This document shows, one piece after another, positions 40,523 to 50,341 of a stretch of DNA of 64,000 bases (positions are counted from its first letter, which is position 1; every line of letters begins with the position of its first letter). This DNA comes from Ostreococcus lucimarinus. Its lineage: Eukaryota. Location of the stretch: NCBI GenBank assembly GCA_000092065.1, contig CP000597.1; one strand, written 5' to 3'. The notes beneath the pieces were generated by a model, which saw only the letters and a list, made by a program, of their open reading frames with translations, was not told the DNA's origin and searched no databases. Both the position numbers and the translations under genes were made by a program.

Positions 40523-41824
40523 TCAGCGAAGCTCGCCGAGCGCCGCACGCGAGAAGACTGCCCGTGTGCTCTCGTCGCCCGCGCATACCTCTGACGAACT
40601 CGAGTCGTCGGAATTTTTGCTGAAGTCTAATGGTAATGTCAGTTCTAAGTGTCTCTTCGCGCCTGAGTATTTGAATTTGAAATCAAACGTGCGTCGAGAA
40701 CGTTCACGAAGCTCGCGCTTGCCCACGACGGCGGCGCTCGGCGGCGTCCCGGTGGTTACGACCCAACTCCGCGCTCGCTCGACGTCTCGGAGCTGCATCG
40801 TCGCCAACTCGTCCTGGCTTAAAGGCTGAGCTGTGATGGGTTTATGATTCAACCAAACGTTCACGAGGAACGTCACGCGCTTAGACGACTGCGGCGTACC
40901 GCGCGCGAACTCACTCGGGGCGCCGTGCAAGAACCGTCCGTCAAATGTGATTTGCTTCCCCCACTTTGGCCACGAAACGACGCACTCGGTGATATCACCG
41001 CACACCCCGACGTCGCCGTTTTCGTAATCACAATTCACCTTCGTCGGACGGTTCACGACCACCGTCGGCGTCCCTCCGTCGCAAAAGTACGTCACCGTGC
41101 CGAGTTGCGGATGCGCGTTGACGCCCGCGCCCTCGAGGGCGTAGTCTTTGTCCCAGTGCCACCCGATCTCATCACCCTCATCGATGACTTGCGTCCACCA
41201 CTCGGCGCCCGATTTCGAGGGATCATACCTCGCTCTCTCGTCTTCGTCGCGCGCGCCGGCGTCTCGTTCCGCGCGCGCCGCGGCTTCGCGCGTCGCCCTT
41301 CGAAACGTCTCTCGCGCTAAATACTCGAGCGCGCACCTCGGTTCGCTCTCGGCGTTCACCCAAAACGTCCTCCCACTCGACGTCCCGCTCGTCCTTCTCT
41401 TCCCTCTCGCATTTTTCGCCGTGTGCGCCGCCTCGCAATCCTTCGTCAACCGCCTCGCGTCGTCGTCGTCGAGCGCGTCTCGCCCCGCGAACGTCGTCGC
41501 GCTCGTCGTCTCGTACGTCAGGTATCGGTTCACTTCGCACGCGATTCGTCCGAGTTCATCCACCGCGAGTTCGAGCTCGGACGTCGCGCTCGCGTCGTCG
41601 TCGCTCTCGTCGCTCTCGTCGCTCTCGCTCTCGCTCTCGCTCTCGCTCGTCGTCGCCTCGCGCGCGTCGTTCGCGCGCCTCGTCCGTCGCGTCGTCATCC
41701 GCGCCTCGTCGTCGCGTCGTCGACGTCGCGCGTTCGCCGCCCCGCGTCGCGCGCGCCGGTCGCCCGACGCGCGACGGGCGTCGCGCGTTCGCCGCGTCGA
41801 CGGCCGCCGGGCTCGAGCGCGCAA
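40523..41824 (-). CDS. Hypothetical protein with a 2OG-Fe(II)-oxygenase/cupin-like HxD…H arrangement
   Basis: …IGWHWDKDYALEGAGVNAHPQLGTVTYFCDGGTPTVVVNRPTKVN…ITFDGRFLHGAP…RVTFLVNVWLNHKP…. The N-terminus has an acidic SESESESDESDESDDD tract. The first ATG after the low-complexity region is near 41698. Confidence 0.45.
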   Translation of the reverse strand: MRARARRPSTRRTRDARRASGDRRARRGAANARRRRRDDEARMTTRRTRRANDAREATTSESESESESDESDESDDDASATSELELAVDELGRIACEVNRYLTYETTSATTFAGRDALDDDDARRLTKDCEAAHTAKNARGKRRTSGTSSGRTFWVNAESEPRCALEYLARETFRRATREAAARAERDAGARDEDERARYDPSKSGAEWWTQVIDEGDEIGWHWDKDYALEGAGVNAHPQLGTVTYFCDGGTPTVVVNRPTKVNCDYENGDVGVCGDITECVVSWPKWGKQITFDGRFLHGAPSEFARGTPQSSKRVTFLVNVWLNHKPITAQPLSQDELATMQLRDVERARSWVVTTGTPPSAAVVGKRELRERSRRTFDFKFKYSGAKRHLELTLPLDFSKNSDDSSSSEVCAGDESTRAVFSRAALGELR

Positions 41825-41890
41825 GCGGACCCGAATACCACTAAAGCGTAGCGCTGTATACTCATACCCGAATGTCCGAACATCCGCGTG
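41821..41890 (+). promoter_or_regulatory. Conserved 70-bp TATA-containing promoter module, copy A, upstream of the phosphate transporter gene
   Basis: gcaagcggacccgaataccactaaagcgtagcgctgtatactcatacccgaatgtccgaacatccgcgtg. It is about 90% identical to copy B at 44206..44274. It contains TGTATACTCATA and the CCGAATGTCCGAA motif, and ends 240 bp upstream of the PiT ATG. Confidence 0.5.
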
Positions 41891-42129
41891 AAAGTGCTAC
41901 ACTTTGTCAGGAAAATGTCGATTCACAGTCGATTCACAGTTGATGAACATTGCAACAAGTTGCAAAAATCGAGTTCGATTGGAACCAATCGCGTCTTCTT
42001 TCGAGGTTCACGAACCGTGAATTCGTTCCGCGAGGAATATTCTCGGAATCTCGCCTTTTCAAATTCCCGCGTGGGAATATGCGCAGTCGCCGCAAGAACA
42101 CGTCGCGCGCCGTCTCGTCACGCACAACG

Positions 42130-43879
42130 ATGAGCTCTTCGGATGCGCTCGCTCAAGCGTCCCGCCACCTTTTGGCCGGCGCTACTGAAACCAAGAGATT
42201 CGAATGGATCGTCGTTTGCGGCGGTTTCCTCGCCTTCTTCGCCGCCTTTGGCATCGGTACGCACACGATGCGCGCACTTTTTACCTTTCGCGTTCATAGG
42301 CTTTAATGACACGGCTTGGTCGCACACGTGCGATTGGAGTGTATTAGAAGCATCACTGACGTCGTGCGATCAATCGTATTTACCTACAGGTGCCAACGAC
42401 GTCGCGAATGCGTTCGCCACCTCTGTCGGGTCCGGCGCGTTGACCATTAAAAACGCTGTAGTCCTCGCCGCGATCTTTGAATTCTGTGGTGCCATGTTCA
42501 TGGGCGGTCACGTCGTCAACACAATTCGCAAGGGCATTGCTAACCAGAAATGCTTCGCCGGTACCGGTGGTGCCAACGATCCCGGCCTCTTGATGTACGG
42601 CTGCCTATGCGTCATTTTTGCCGTCGCCATCTGGCTCGTCGTCGCATCTGCCTTCGAAATGGCCGTCTCCACGACGCACTCGTGCGTTGGTGGTATGATT
42701 GGAATGACTTTGGTCGCGCGTGGTAGCGAGTGTGTCATTTGGACCAAGAAAGCGGACGAATTCCCGTACGTCAAAGGCGTCGTCGCCGTCATCATCTCCT
42801 GGCTCTTGTCCCCGGTCATCTCTGGCGCCTTTGCGTTCGTCTTCTTCGTGACCCTGCGTACTCTCGTCATGCGTTCCGAACATTCTTATTCTCGTACTGC
42901 CGTCGCGTTCCCAGTGTTGCTTGCGTGCACTCTCATCATCAACATCTTCTTCATCGTGTACAAGGGCGCCAAGTTCCTTGAGCTCGACGACACACCGGTC
43001 GGTACGGCGTGCGCCATCGCGTTCGGCATCGGCGGAGGATGTGGCATTGTTGCGTACTTCTTCGTTACCCCTTACATCCTCAAGACGACCGATGAGCTCT
43101 TCGAGAAGCAACAGCTCGAAAAGGCGGAGCGTGGTTCGGGCAAGAAGGCCGAAGAGAAGGTCGTCCGTCAACCGCGCGAGTATCCTGTCGGGGTCTTTGG
43201 CGCGCCGCGTCGCATGTGGTACGCTCTGCAAGATCATCTTGAATCTTCACTCACCCACAAGGCTGAAGACATTCTTGACGAAGACATGGCTGTATTGGCG
43301 ATCCACGAAAACGCCGAAAAGTTTGACGAAAAGACTGAACTTTGCATGCGATACTTGCAAATCCTCACCGCGTGCTGCGACTCGTTCGCGCACGGCGCCA
43401 ACGATGTGGCCAACTCTATCGGTCCCTTCGCCTCTATGGTAGTCGTCTTCAAGAGCGGTAAAGTTTCGAAGGAAGCTGAAATGGGCGACGATTCATATTG
43501 GATTCTCGGTCTTGGCGCTGCCGGCATCGTCTGTGGCCTCGCCTTGTACGGCTACAAGATTCTTCACGCTCTCGGTACCAAGATTGCCAAGCTCACCCCG
43601 AGTCGCGGTATCTGCATCGAGCTTGGTGCGGCTTGCGTCATCATCATGGGATCCCGTCTCGGCTGGCCGCTGTCTACCACTCACTGCCAAGTTGGTGCCA
43701 CCGTCGGCGTCGCCCTACTCGAAGGCCGCAAGGGCATCAACTGGTTCATCATCGGTAAAACTGTGTTCGGCTGGATCATCACCCTCGTCATCGTCGGCTT
43801 CTCCACGGCGGCGTTCTTCGCACAAGGTGCCTACGCTCCGATGAAGAGCTACCCGTGCTACATCACAGGTAGTTGCTAA
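42130..43879 (+). CDS. PiT/PHO4-family Na+/H+-coupled inorganic phosphate transporter. Two exons: join(42130..42256,42390..43879). Intron 42257..42389.
   Basis: Exon 1 encodes MSSSDALAQASRHLLAGATETKRFEWIVVCGGFLAFFAAFGIG and ends …ATCG|gtacgc. Exon 2 begins after …tacctacag|GTGCCAACGAC and restores the PiT signature GANDVANAFATSVGSGALT (phase-1 intron). A second PiT repeat GANDVANSIGPFAS lies near the C-terminal half. The track splits the gene into ORFs 41950..42306 and 42143..43879. Confidence 0.9.
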
Positions 43880-44205
43880 ATGGGCCCTCCTAGCTTACCC
43901 CCTCCCTAGGTTACCCCCGACGGAGTTATTCTTTGAATACTCTCGGTGTTTTTCCCGCTATTGATAGCGATGAGATTCTCGACAAATTCGCGTTCAGTGG
44001 GGTCTGAAAATTTGCCGTCGCCCACGAGAGCGTCGAATTGCTCCGCCAACGTCCGTCGAATTGCTCCGCCAACGTCAGCGATGGCGCGCCTGTGCGAGAG
44101 AATTCAGACTCAACAATACTTCGCGCGCGCGCTGTTTTGGTTCCAACCGGAGCCGCACGGATCAATTGCACACCGCGTAATCGCCCTGAGTGGTATCGAT
44201 ACCAC

Positions 44206-44274
44206 GCAAGCGGACCCAAATACCACTAAAGCATAGTACTATATACTCATATCCGAATGTCCGAACATCCGCGC
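44206..44274 (+). promoter_or_regulatory. Conserved 70-bp TATA-containing promoter module, copy B, upstream of the PNPOx-like gene
   Basis: gcaagcggacccaaataccactaaagcatagtactatatactcatatccgaatgtccgaacatccgcgcg. It contains CTATATACTCATA, a TATA box, and CCGAATGTCCGAA. It ends about 95 bp upstream of the ATG at 44369. Confidence 0.5.
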
Positions 44275-44368
44275 GATTCCCGCCGCGATTCGCCGCGATT
44301 CGCCGCGACTCCGCGACGCGCGCGACGACGGACGGCGAACGACGCCTCGAGACGACGGCGCGCGCGCG

Positions 44369-45607
44369 ATGGCGACGACGACGACCCCGCGCGTCGCGAC
44401 GACGGGCGCGCGGGCGGCGCGAGGCCGACGCGCGAGGACGGAGGCGACGCGCGCGAACGCGACGGCGACGCGCGCGACGGGACGACGCGCGAACGGGACG
44501 GCCGCGAGGGACGCGCGAGCGAAAAGCGCGGGAAAGGACGACGGCGCGAGCGATCAGGGAGGGTCGAGCGGCGTGGAAAGGGAGACGCGCGCGCGACGGA
44601 CGCCGAGCGCGCGAGAGAGCGCGATGGAGGCGGCGGCGGCGCGCGAGGCGGAAAACGCGGGGATGAAGCCGTCGTCGAGCGGGGAGACGGCGACGCGGAC
44701 GGTGAAGGACGAGGCGCTGGAGATACCGTTTCAGAGCACGAGTCCGAGGAAACGGGTCGGGCGAACGCGGTTGTTGCGGACGCCCATGGCGGGGGGGGTG
44801 GTGAGCCGAGACACCAAGGATAGCAACTTGCCCTCGATGGCGACGGCGGCGAGAAACTTGATGGAACTCGCGGATTACGGCGATTTGAGCACGACGATGA
44901 GCGACATGCATCATCGTCGCGCTGGGTACCCGTTCGGAAGCACGGTGGACTTCGCGACGGACGCCACGGGGCATCCAATCTTTTGCCTGGCGCCGCTCGC
45001 GATTCACACGCGCAACATCGCCGCCGACGGCAAGTGCTCGTTGACGGTGAAGATGAGCGGTTGGGGCGGGTTGGCGAACGCCAGGGTGACGATATTCGGC
45101 GACGTTCAGCGCTTGCCCAACGGAGAGTATCAAACGGCGGCGAACGAAATCTTCAAGTCCAAGTATCACGCGCGCAAGGAAGCCATCGACATGGAGGATC
45201 GCTGGGGCGACTACACGTATTATCGCATGAATCGCATCGTCGACGTGTACTTCGTCGGTGGGTTCGGAACGTTGAACTGGATCAAGCTCGACGAGTACTG
45301 CTCGACGTCCCCCGACACGATCGTCACCGCCGCGCACGGTAAGAGCGTCATCGAAACCTTGGGCGAGCTCAACACGCGCTTCTCCCAGCGTCTCGCCGCG
45401 CACATGGGCAATCTCTTGGACCTCGTCGTGGACGATTTATGGATCATCTCCATCGATCGTCGCGGTATGGACGTTCGCGTGCGCACCGACGGCAGCTCGT
45501 TGATTCGCAGAATCTCTTTCGACACCGACGTCGAGTGTTTCGACGACGCCAAGCGCGCCGTCGAGTGCGCGTTGACCAACGACGACCTCTGTCGCGGCGA
45601 GTTCTGA
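44369..45607 (+). CDS. Pyridoxamine 5'-phosphate oxidase-like FMN-binding split-barrel protein (plant At3g03890/GluTR-binding-protein-like), plastid-targeted
   Basis: The T/A/R-rich transit peptide is followed by …AARNLMELADYGDLSTTMSDMHHRRAGYPFGSTVDFATDATGHPIFCLAPLAIHTRNIAADGKCSLTV…, which matches the PNPOx-like fold. The start is an ATG at 44369. Confidence 0.6.
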   Translation: MATTTTPRVATTGARAARGRRARTEATRANATATRATGRRANGTAARDARAKSAGKDDGASDQGGSSGVERETRARRTPSARESAMEAAAAREAENAGMKPSSSGETATRTVKDEALEIPFQSTSPRKRVGRTRLLRTPMAGGVVSRDTKDSNLPSMATAARNLMELADYGDLSTTMSDMHHRRAGYPFGSTVDFATDATGHPIFCLAPLAIHTRNIAADGKCSLTVKMSGWGGLANARVTIFGDVQRLPNGEYQTAANEIFKSKYHARKEAIDMEDRWGDYTYYRMNRIVDVYFVGGFGTLNWIKLDEYCSTSPDTIVTAAHGKSVIETLGELNTRFSQRLAAHMGNLLDLVVDDLWIISIDRRGMDVRVRTDGSSLIRRISFDTDVECFDDAKRAVECALTNDDLCRGEF

Positions 45608-45745
45608 TCCGCCCGCCCGCTCGCGCTTTCGACGCGTTGTAACCGATATCTTTCGTAATCTTTCGAGATTCGCGCGATCGATTTCGGATTTTCGCGCGCC
45701 GCCTCGTCGTCCTCTCCCGCGCGCGCGCCTCGCGTTCGTCCGACG

Positions 45746-47011
45746 ATGACGTCACCGCCCCGCCCGACGATCCAACCGCCGACGTCACGCCGCGCCGCAC
45801 TCGCGCGCGCGAACGAACGCCGACGCGACGAACGACGTGAGCGAACGACGCGAGCGATGGAAGAGTTCACGTCCGCGTTAATCTACGCCCCCGCCAAGGC
45901 GTTCGGCGACGGCGACGCCGCGCGCGACGTGCGCGCGCGCGTGCGATGCGCGCGCGCGATGCACGCGACGTCATCGTCCGCGGTGACGATCGCGGACGGC
46001 GTCGCGAACGGCGCGGCGATGAGCGCCGGAACGACGCCGCGGACGAAGGCGAAAGTGAACGCGCGCGACGCGCGACGCGTCGTGCGATGCGCGGCGGTCG
46101 GGGACTGGATCGTCGCGGCGAGCGGGACGGACGCGCGCGCCGTCGGGACGACGCTGGCGGAGGCGCGCGCGAGCGCGGAGGGCGGCGCGGCGCGCGTGGA
46201 GGCGATTCGAGACGCGCTTCGACGGGTGACGACGAAGGAAACGACGACGCCGTTTGCGGTGATCGCGTTCGACGGCGCGACGAAGCGCGGATTCGCGGTG
46301 AGACACAAGGACGGGCTTCGGACGAGGTACGGGCACGACGAGCGAGGCGCGCTCGTGCTCGCGCTCGGGGACGACTTTGAGAACGGCGATGCGTTGGAAG
46401 AGCTGTGCGCGGGGAGATTCATCTTCGGACACGGCTACGTCAAGCCGATGGAGTACGGGGCGTTCTGGAAGAGCGCCAAGAGCACTCGCGCGGGGTCGCC
46501 CGCCAAGGCGGCGCACGGCGAGGCGAGATCCGTCCCGCGCTCGCCTCTGGGCGTCGTCAAGACGAACGCGCCGCGCGCGGAAGCGAGCGCGCGCGCCTCT
46601 TCGCCGAACGCGTACGTGCCGCCGGCGCGTCGCGCGGCTTTGGCTGAAGAAAAGAGACGAGAGGAGGAAGCGCGCAGAAAGAGCGAAGCCGTCGATCGGG
46701 CGCTCGCGGAAACCCTGCAAAACCAAGAGCGCGTGGCGTCGGCGCTCGGCGGTGCGCTCGCGAGCGCGCTCATGAAGGCGGTGTCTCGCGCGAGCTTCTC
46801 CAAGGACGAGAGCATGAACGAAGTCTCTCGATTCCACGCCGCTCGATTGAGCCGCCAAAACATCGAGGCGGCGTCGAGCTTCTACGCTCCCGCCGCGCCG
46901 GCGTCGACCGCGCCGCGAGTCGCCTCGCGAGCGTCCATCGACTCCTGCGCTCGTCTCTCCATCGAAAGCCATCGCGAATCGATGGAATTCCTCCGTCGCG
47001 CCGCGTGCTGA
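45746..47011 (+). CDS. Hypothetical protein
   Basis: A 421-aa ORF from the ATG at 45746, with a coding-like central region (…RFIFGHGYVKPMEYGAFWKSAKS…). No family recognised. Opposite-strand ORFs here are low-complexity. Confidence 0.4.
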   Translation: MTSPPRPTIQPPTSRRAALARANERRRDERRERTTRAMEEFTSALIYAPAKAFGDGDAARDVRARVRCARAMHATSSSAVTIADGVANGAAMSAGTTPRTKAKVNARDARRVVRCAAVGDWIVAASGTDARAVGTTLAEARASAEGGAARVEAIRDALRRVTTKETTTPFAVIAFDGATKRGFAVRHKDGLRTRYGHDERGALVLALGDDFENGDALEELCAGRFIFGHGYVKPMEYGAFWKSAKSTRAGSPAKAAHGEARSVPRSPLGVVKTNAPRAEASARASSPNAYVPPARRAALAEEKRREEEARRKSEAVDRALAETLQNQERVASALGGALASALMKAVSRASFSKDESMNEVSRFHAARLSRQNIEAASSFYAPAAPASTAPRVASRASIDSCARLSIESHRESMEFLRRAAC

Positions 47012-47089
47012 GACGCGTCGCCGCTACGATTTAAACGCCGCCGCCGCTTTGTAACAACACGATTCTGCATTTACTATTACTACGCTCTA

Positions 47090-48598
47090 CTACTGCCCCA
47101 AGTGCACGCGCGTCGGGGCGACGTCGCCCTCGATTCGAAACGTCGTGTACTGCCGGAGTTGACGCAAGAAGTCCTCGCTCGCCTCGGGCGACGGCGAAGG
47201 CACGCGCGCGCGATCGCGAGCTCTCACCTCGCCGATGTAAAACTCTTTCAGGTACAAGAACGACTCGCGGCTGGAGTGATACATCTCGAAATGTCGCGCG
47301 GCGTCCATGTCGAGCGATTGTTTTGGGATGATGGTGTCCCCACCCGGGTGCTCGTTCAACCATCGCTTGACGTCCAAGACCATTCCGTCGATGACGAGCC
47401 AGACGCCTCCCGCGGCGTTGTGCGCGACGACTTCGTCCCAATCGTACTCGCGTATCCTCGAACCGTACGCCCCGAGCTTTTCGGCGCAGTATTCTTCGAG
47501 CGAACGGCATTCTAAAACCTCGGCCGCGCGCGCGAGCGCTTCGGTGACGCGAATGTCGAACGCGGGCGGAGGTTGCCCGGTGGCCGCTCGCTCGAGGAAA
47601 ATCAACGCTCGATCGAAGACGTCGGTGTCGATGTCGACATCCGCGCTCACGAATTCATCGGCGTCGTCCTCGCCGAGCTCTCCCGCGCGTCGAACCGCGG
47701 ACGTCAACGCTATGCACTGCCGAAGCAGACGCCTATTCACCGGAAACGTCTCGCCGTCTTTGGTGCGCACCTCGATCACTTCGCGCCGAGCCAATCGCAC
47801 CGAGCGCGCTTTGCCTTCATTATTCGCGATTCTCAACGAATTTTCGTCGCTCGAGCGCACGTAGAACGTCGTCTCAGCGTTTACGCGCGCGCGAAAGCAG
47901 TGATAGCCCAACGTCGCCGCTTCCTCTTCGCACGTCTTTGAGTTGACGTCGGCGACGCGCGCTCGATACGTCGACCCGTCGATGTCGAGCACGAACACCT
48001 CGGACGTCGTCAACACGCGACCGAGCTCTCCGAAGTGCGCCCTCATCGCGCGTCTCGCGACCTCGCTCTCGATTTCTCGCTCGTCGTCGTCGTCGTCGTC
48101 GTCGTCTCGAACGCGCGAGAGCTCCATCGCGACGTCCACCGCGTCGTCCACCTCGCTCGCCTCCACCGCCTCGAATTCCGCGTCGTTATCCAGCGCCAGT
48201 CGCATGTTGTGCCGCATCGCTCGTGTCATCGCCACGCATCCCACCGGGACGTCTCGCGACGGTTCGAATCGCACCGTCGACCCGCCCAACGCGGCGCCTC
48301 GTCTCGCGAACCGCCGAAGCGCGTCGTCTCGCGTCGCCGTCTCGCGCAGCCCTTCGTGCACGCGCGCCGCGCTCGACGTCGACGTCGCGTCGTCCGCGTC
48401 GTCATCGCTCGCGATCACTCGCAATCGCGCGCCTCGTCGCGCGTCGTCCGCGCGCGCGCCGGTCGCGTCGTCGTACCGCACGCGGTCGCCGAAACTCACG
48501 AATCGATCGCTCGCGGTCGGTTTTTCGTCATCCAGGGCGCGTCGGGAGACGCCCGCGGTCAGCGTGTTCGGCCCGCGCGGGAGTTTGAAGTTTACCAT
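47090..48598 (-). CDS. Cytochrome b5 heme-binding-domain protein with a long N-terminal region
   Basis: The C-terminal domain is YDWDEVVAHNAAGGVWLVIDGMVLDVKRWLNEHPGGDTIIPKQSLDMDAARHFEMYHSSRESFLYLKEFYIGEV. It shows the HPGG signature with H-P-G-G and a downstream His. The start is an ATG at 48598. Confidence 0.65.
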   Translation of the reverse strand: MVNFKLPRGPNTLTAGVSRRALDDEKPTASDRFVSFGDRVRYDDATGARADDARRGARLRVIASDDDADDATSTSSAARVHEGLRETATRDDALRRFARRGAALGGSTVRFEPSRDVPVGCVAMTRAMRHNMRLALDNDAEFEAVEASEVDDAVDVAMELSRVRDDDDDDDDEREIESEVARRAMRAHFGELGRVLTTSEVFVLDIDGSTYRARVADVNSKTCEEEAATLGYHCFRARVNAETTFYVRSSDENSLRIANNEGKARSVRLARREVIEVRTKDGETFPVNRRLLRQCIALTSAVRRAGELGEDDADEFVSADVDIDTDVFDRALIFLERAATGQPPPAFDIRVTEALARAAEVLECRSLEEYCAEKLGAYGSRIREYDWDEVVAHNAAGGVWLVIDGMVLDVKRWLNEHPGGDTIIPKQSLDMDAARHFEMYHSSRESFLYLKEFYIGEVRARDRARVPSPSPEASEDFLRQLRQYTTFRIEGDVAPTRVHLGQ

Positions 48599-49397
48599 CG
48601 CCGGAAACCGACGACGGCGACGAGACGACGCGATGCGGAGTGACGATTACAATCGCGTCGCGGCGAGCGCTCGCGGCGCGTCAACCGACGCCGAGGCGCG
48701 TCACGGAATCAATCCGCGTCGATCGTGCAGACCGACCATCGCGGCGCACGATTTCGCGTAAACGTCGTCGAACGACGCCGCGATGTCCGCGTTCAAGGTC
48801 TCGGCGCGTCTGACGCGCCTCGACGGCGCGGCGCCGCCGCCGCCCGCGCGTCGAGCGCGGCGGCGCGCGGCGTCCAGATACCCGACGGACACGCGCGCGT
48901 GCGCCGCCTCCGCGCTCGCGGGATCGGCGTGCGCGCGCCGGAAAAACGTCGTCGCCATCGCGCACCTGGCCGTGAACTCGCGAACCTCCCTTTCGTCGTC
49001 GCCTTCGCCTCGGCCGTCGCCTCGGTCGTCCCGCTCGACCGCGCTCGACCGCGCGAGCTCGACGACGCGATCGAGCAGCACCGCGCGCGCGCGCGCGGTG
49101 ATGGGCGCGATCGACGACGCCGCGTCCGCCGTCGCCGTCGTCGTCGTCGTCGCCGTCTCGTCCGCCGTCTCGTCCGCCGTCGCCGGTCGTCCCATCACCG
49201 CGCGCAGGACGGCGCGATACGACGCGCGCGCGAGCGCGACGGACGCGCGCGACGCCCTCGGCGCGCGCGCGAGCGGCATCGACGCGTCGGCGTCGATCTA
49301 CGACGGCATCGAGCCCGCGATCCGCGATCGATCGTCGACGACGCGCGCGCGTGTGCGGCGAATCGGCGCGGCGCGGCGTCACTCGACGTCGCGCGCG

Positions 49398-50183
49398 ATG
49401 GCGCGCGACGACGACGACGACGGCGACGTCGACGCGACGCGCGCGAACGCGCCGAACGTCGACGCCGACGCGCGCGCCGGCGACGGGGCGACGGAGGCGG
49501 ACGCGGCGCGCGAGCGCGAGGAAAGACGGCGCGCGTCGACGAGACGTTGGTTGGATTTCGTGCACTCGAAGGCGTTCAGAGATGAAGTGAGCGACGTGTT
49601 CGCGCGCGCGAGTGCGGTGCACAGAGACGACGGCGTGATGGATTGCACGGAATTGCAGTTCGCGATCGATTTGCTGCACGAACGATTGCGCGAGAAAGGG
49701 GCGAACGGGCACGCGATGCCGAGGGGACCGCGAGCGGGACGGCGCGAGGCGCGCGAGCTCTTGCGCGACTTTGATTTGGACAGAGACGGCGCGCTGGACG
49801 AGCGAGAGTTTCACTTGTTGTGTCAAAGGTATTTCAGTAGATTAGAGTGGCCGATGTGGCGCGTGTTCACGCGAGGGGCGACGATCGGGTTGGCGCTGTA
49901 CGCCGCGCACGAGCTGTGGATTTCGCCGTTGGCCCAAAACGTGTACTGGAATCACTTTTACCCGAAAATCGTGCAAAGGCTCAAGAAGAGGTATCAGAAG
50001 CGGTACGCGGGGCGCGTGAACACGTTTTTGAAGAAATTCCGCCGACCGCCCAAGAAGGAAGAGCTGCTGGAGCTCGAGCGAATCGCGCAGGAGGAGTTGA
50101 AGAAGAAACGGATTCGAAGAATCAAAGCCGCCGCGAGCGCCAGCGTCATCGGCGGAACGACCTCGGCGTTGGGGATACTTTAG
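49398..50183 (+). CDS. Hypothetical EF-hand-like motif membrane protein
   Basis: DFDLDRDGALDEREFHLLCQRYF is an EF-hand-like loop. It is followed by the TM segment GATIGLALYAAHELWISPLAQNVYW and a basic tail. The first ATG of the ORF (track start 48783) is at 49398. Confidence 0.45.
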   Translation: MARDDDDDGDVDATRANAPNVDADARAGDGATEADAAREREERRRASTRRWLDFVHSKAFRDEVSDVFARASAVHRDDGVMDCTELQFAIDLLHERLREKGANGHAMPRGPRAGRREARELLRDFDLDRDGALDEREFHLLCQRYFSRLEWPMWRVFTRGATIGLALYAAHELWISPLAQNVYWNHFYPKIVQRLKKRYQKRYAGRVNTFLKKFRRPPKKEELLELERIAQEELKKKRIRRIKAAASASVIGGTTSALGIL

Positions 50184-50341
50184 CGCTCGACGTGTCGACG
50201 CTTTTAGGAGCGACGCGTTTTATTTCATGTATTGAAGATATTTCATGTATTGCAGTGAAGGGTGATGAAAGACTGGTCGCGCCCGCCGAAGCGAGACGCG
50301 ACTTCTGGTTTTGAGCGTCGCGCGCGCGAAGCAATCCTATG

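Noticed and set aside
41821-44274. Possible mobile element carrying the phosphate transporter (direct 70-bp repeats on both sides)
   Set aside because: I found no target-site duplication, terminal inverted repeats, or transposase/integrase ORF. Both repeats sit at promoter distance from plus-strand genes and contain TATA plus the recurrent motif, so a duplicated promoter module is more parsimonious. I kept it as a finding to be tested.
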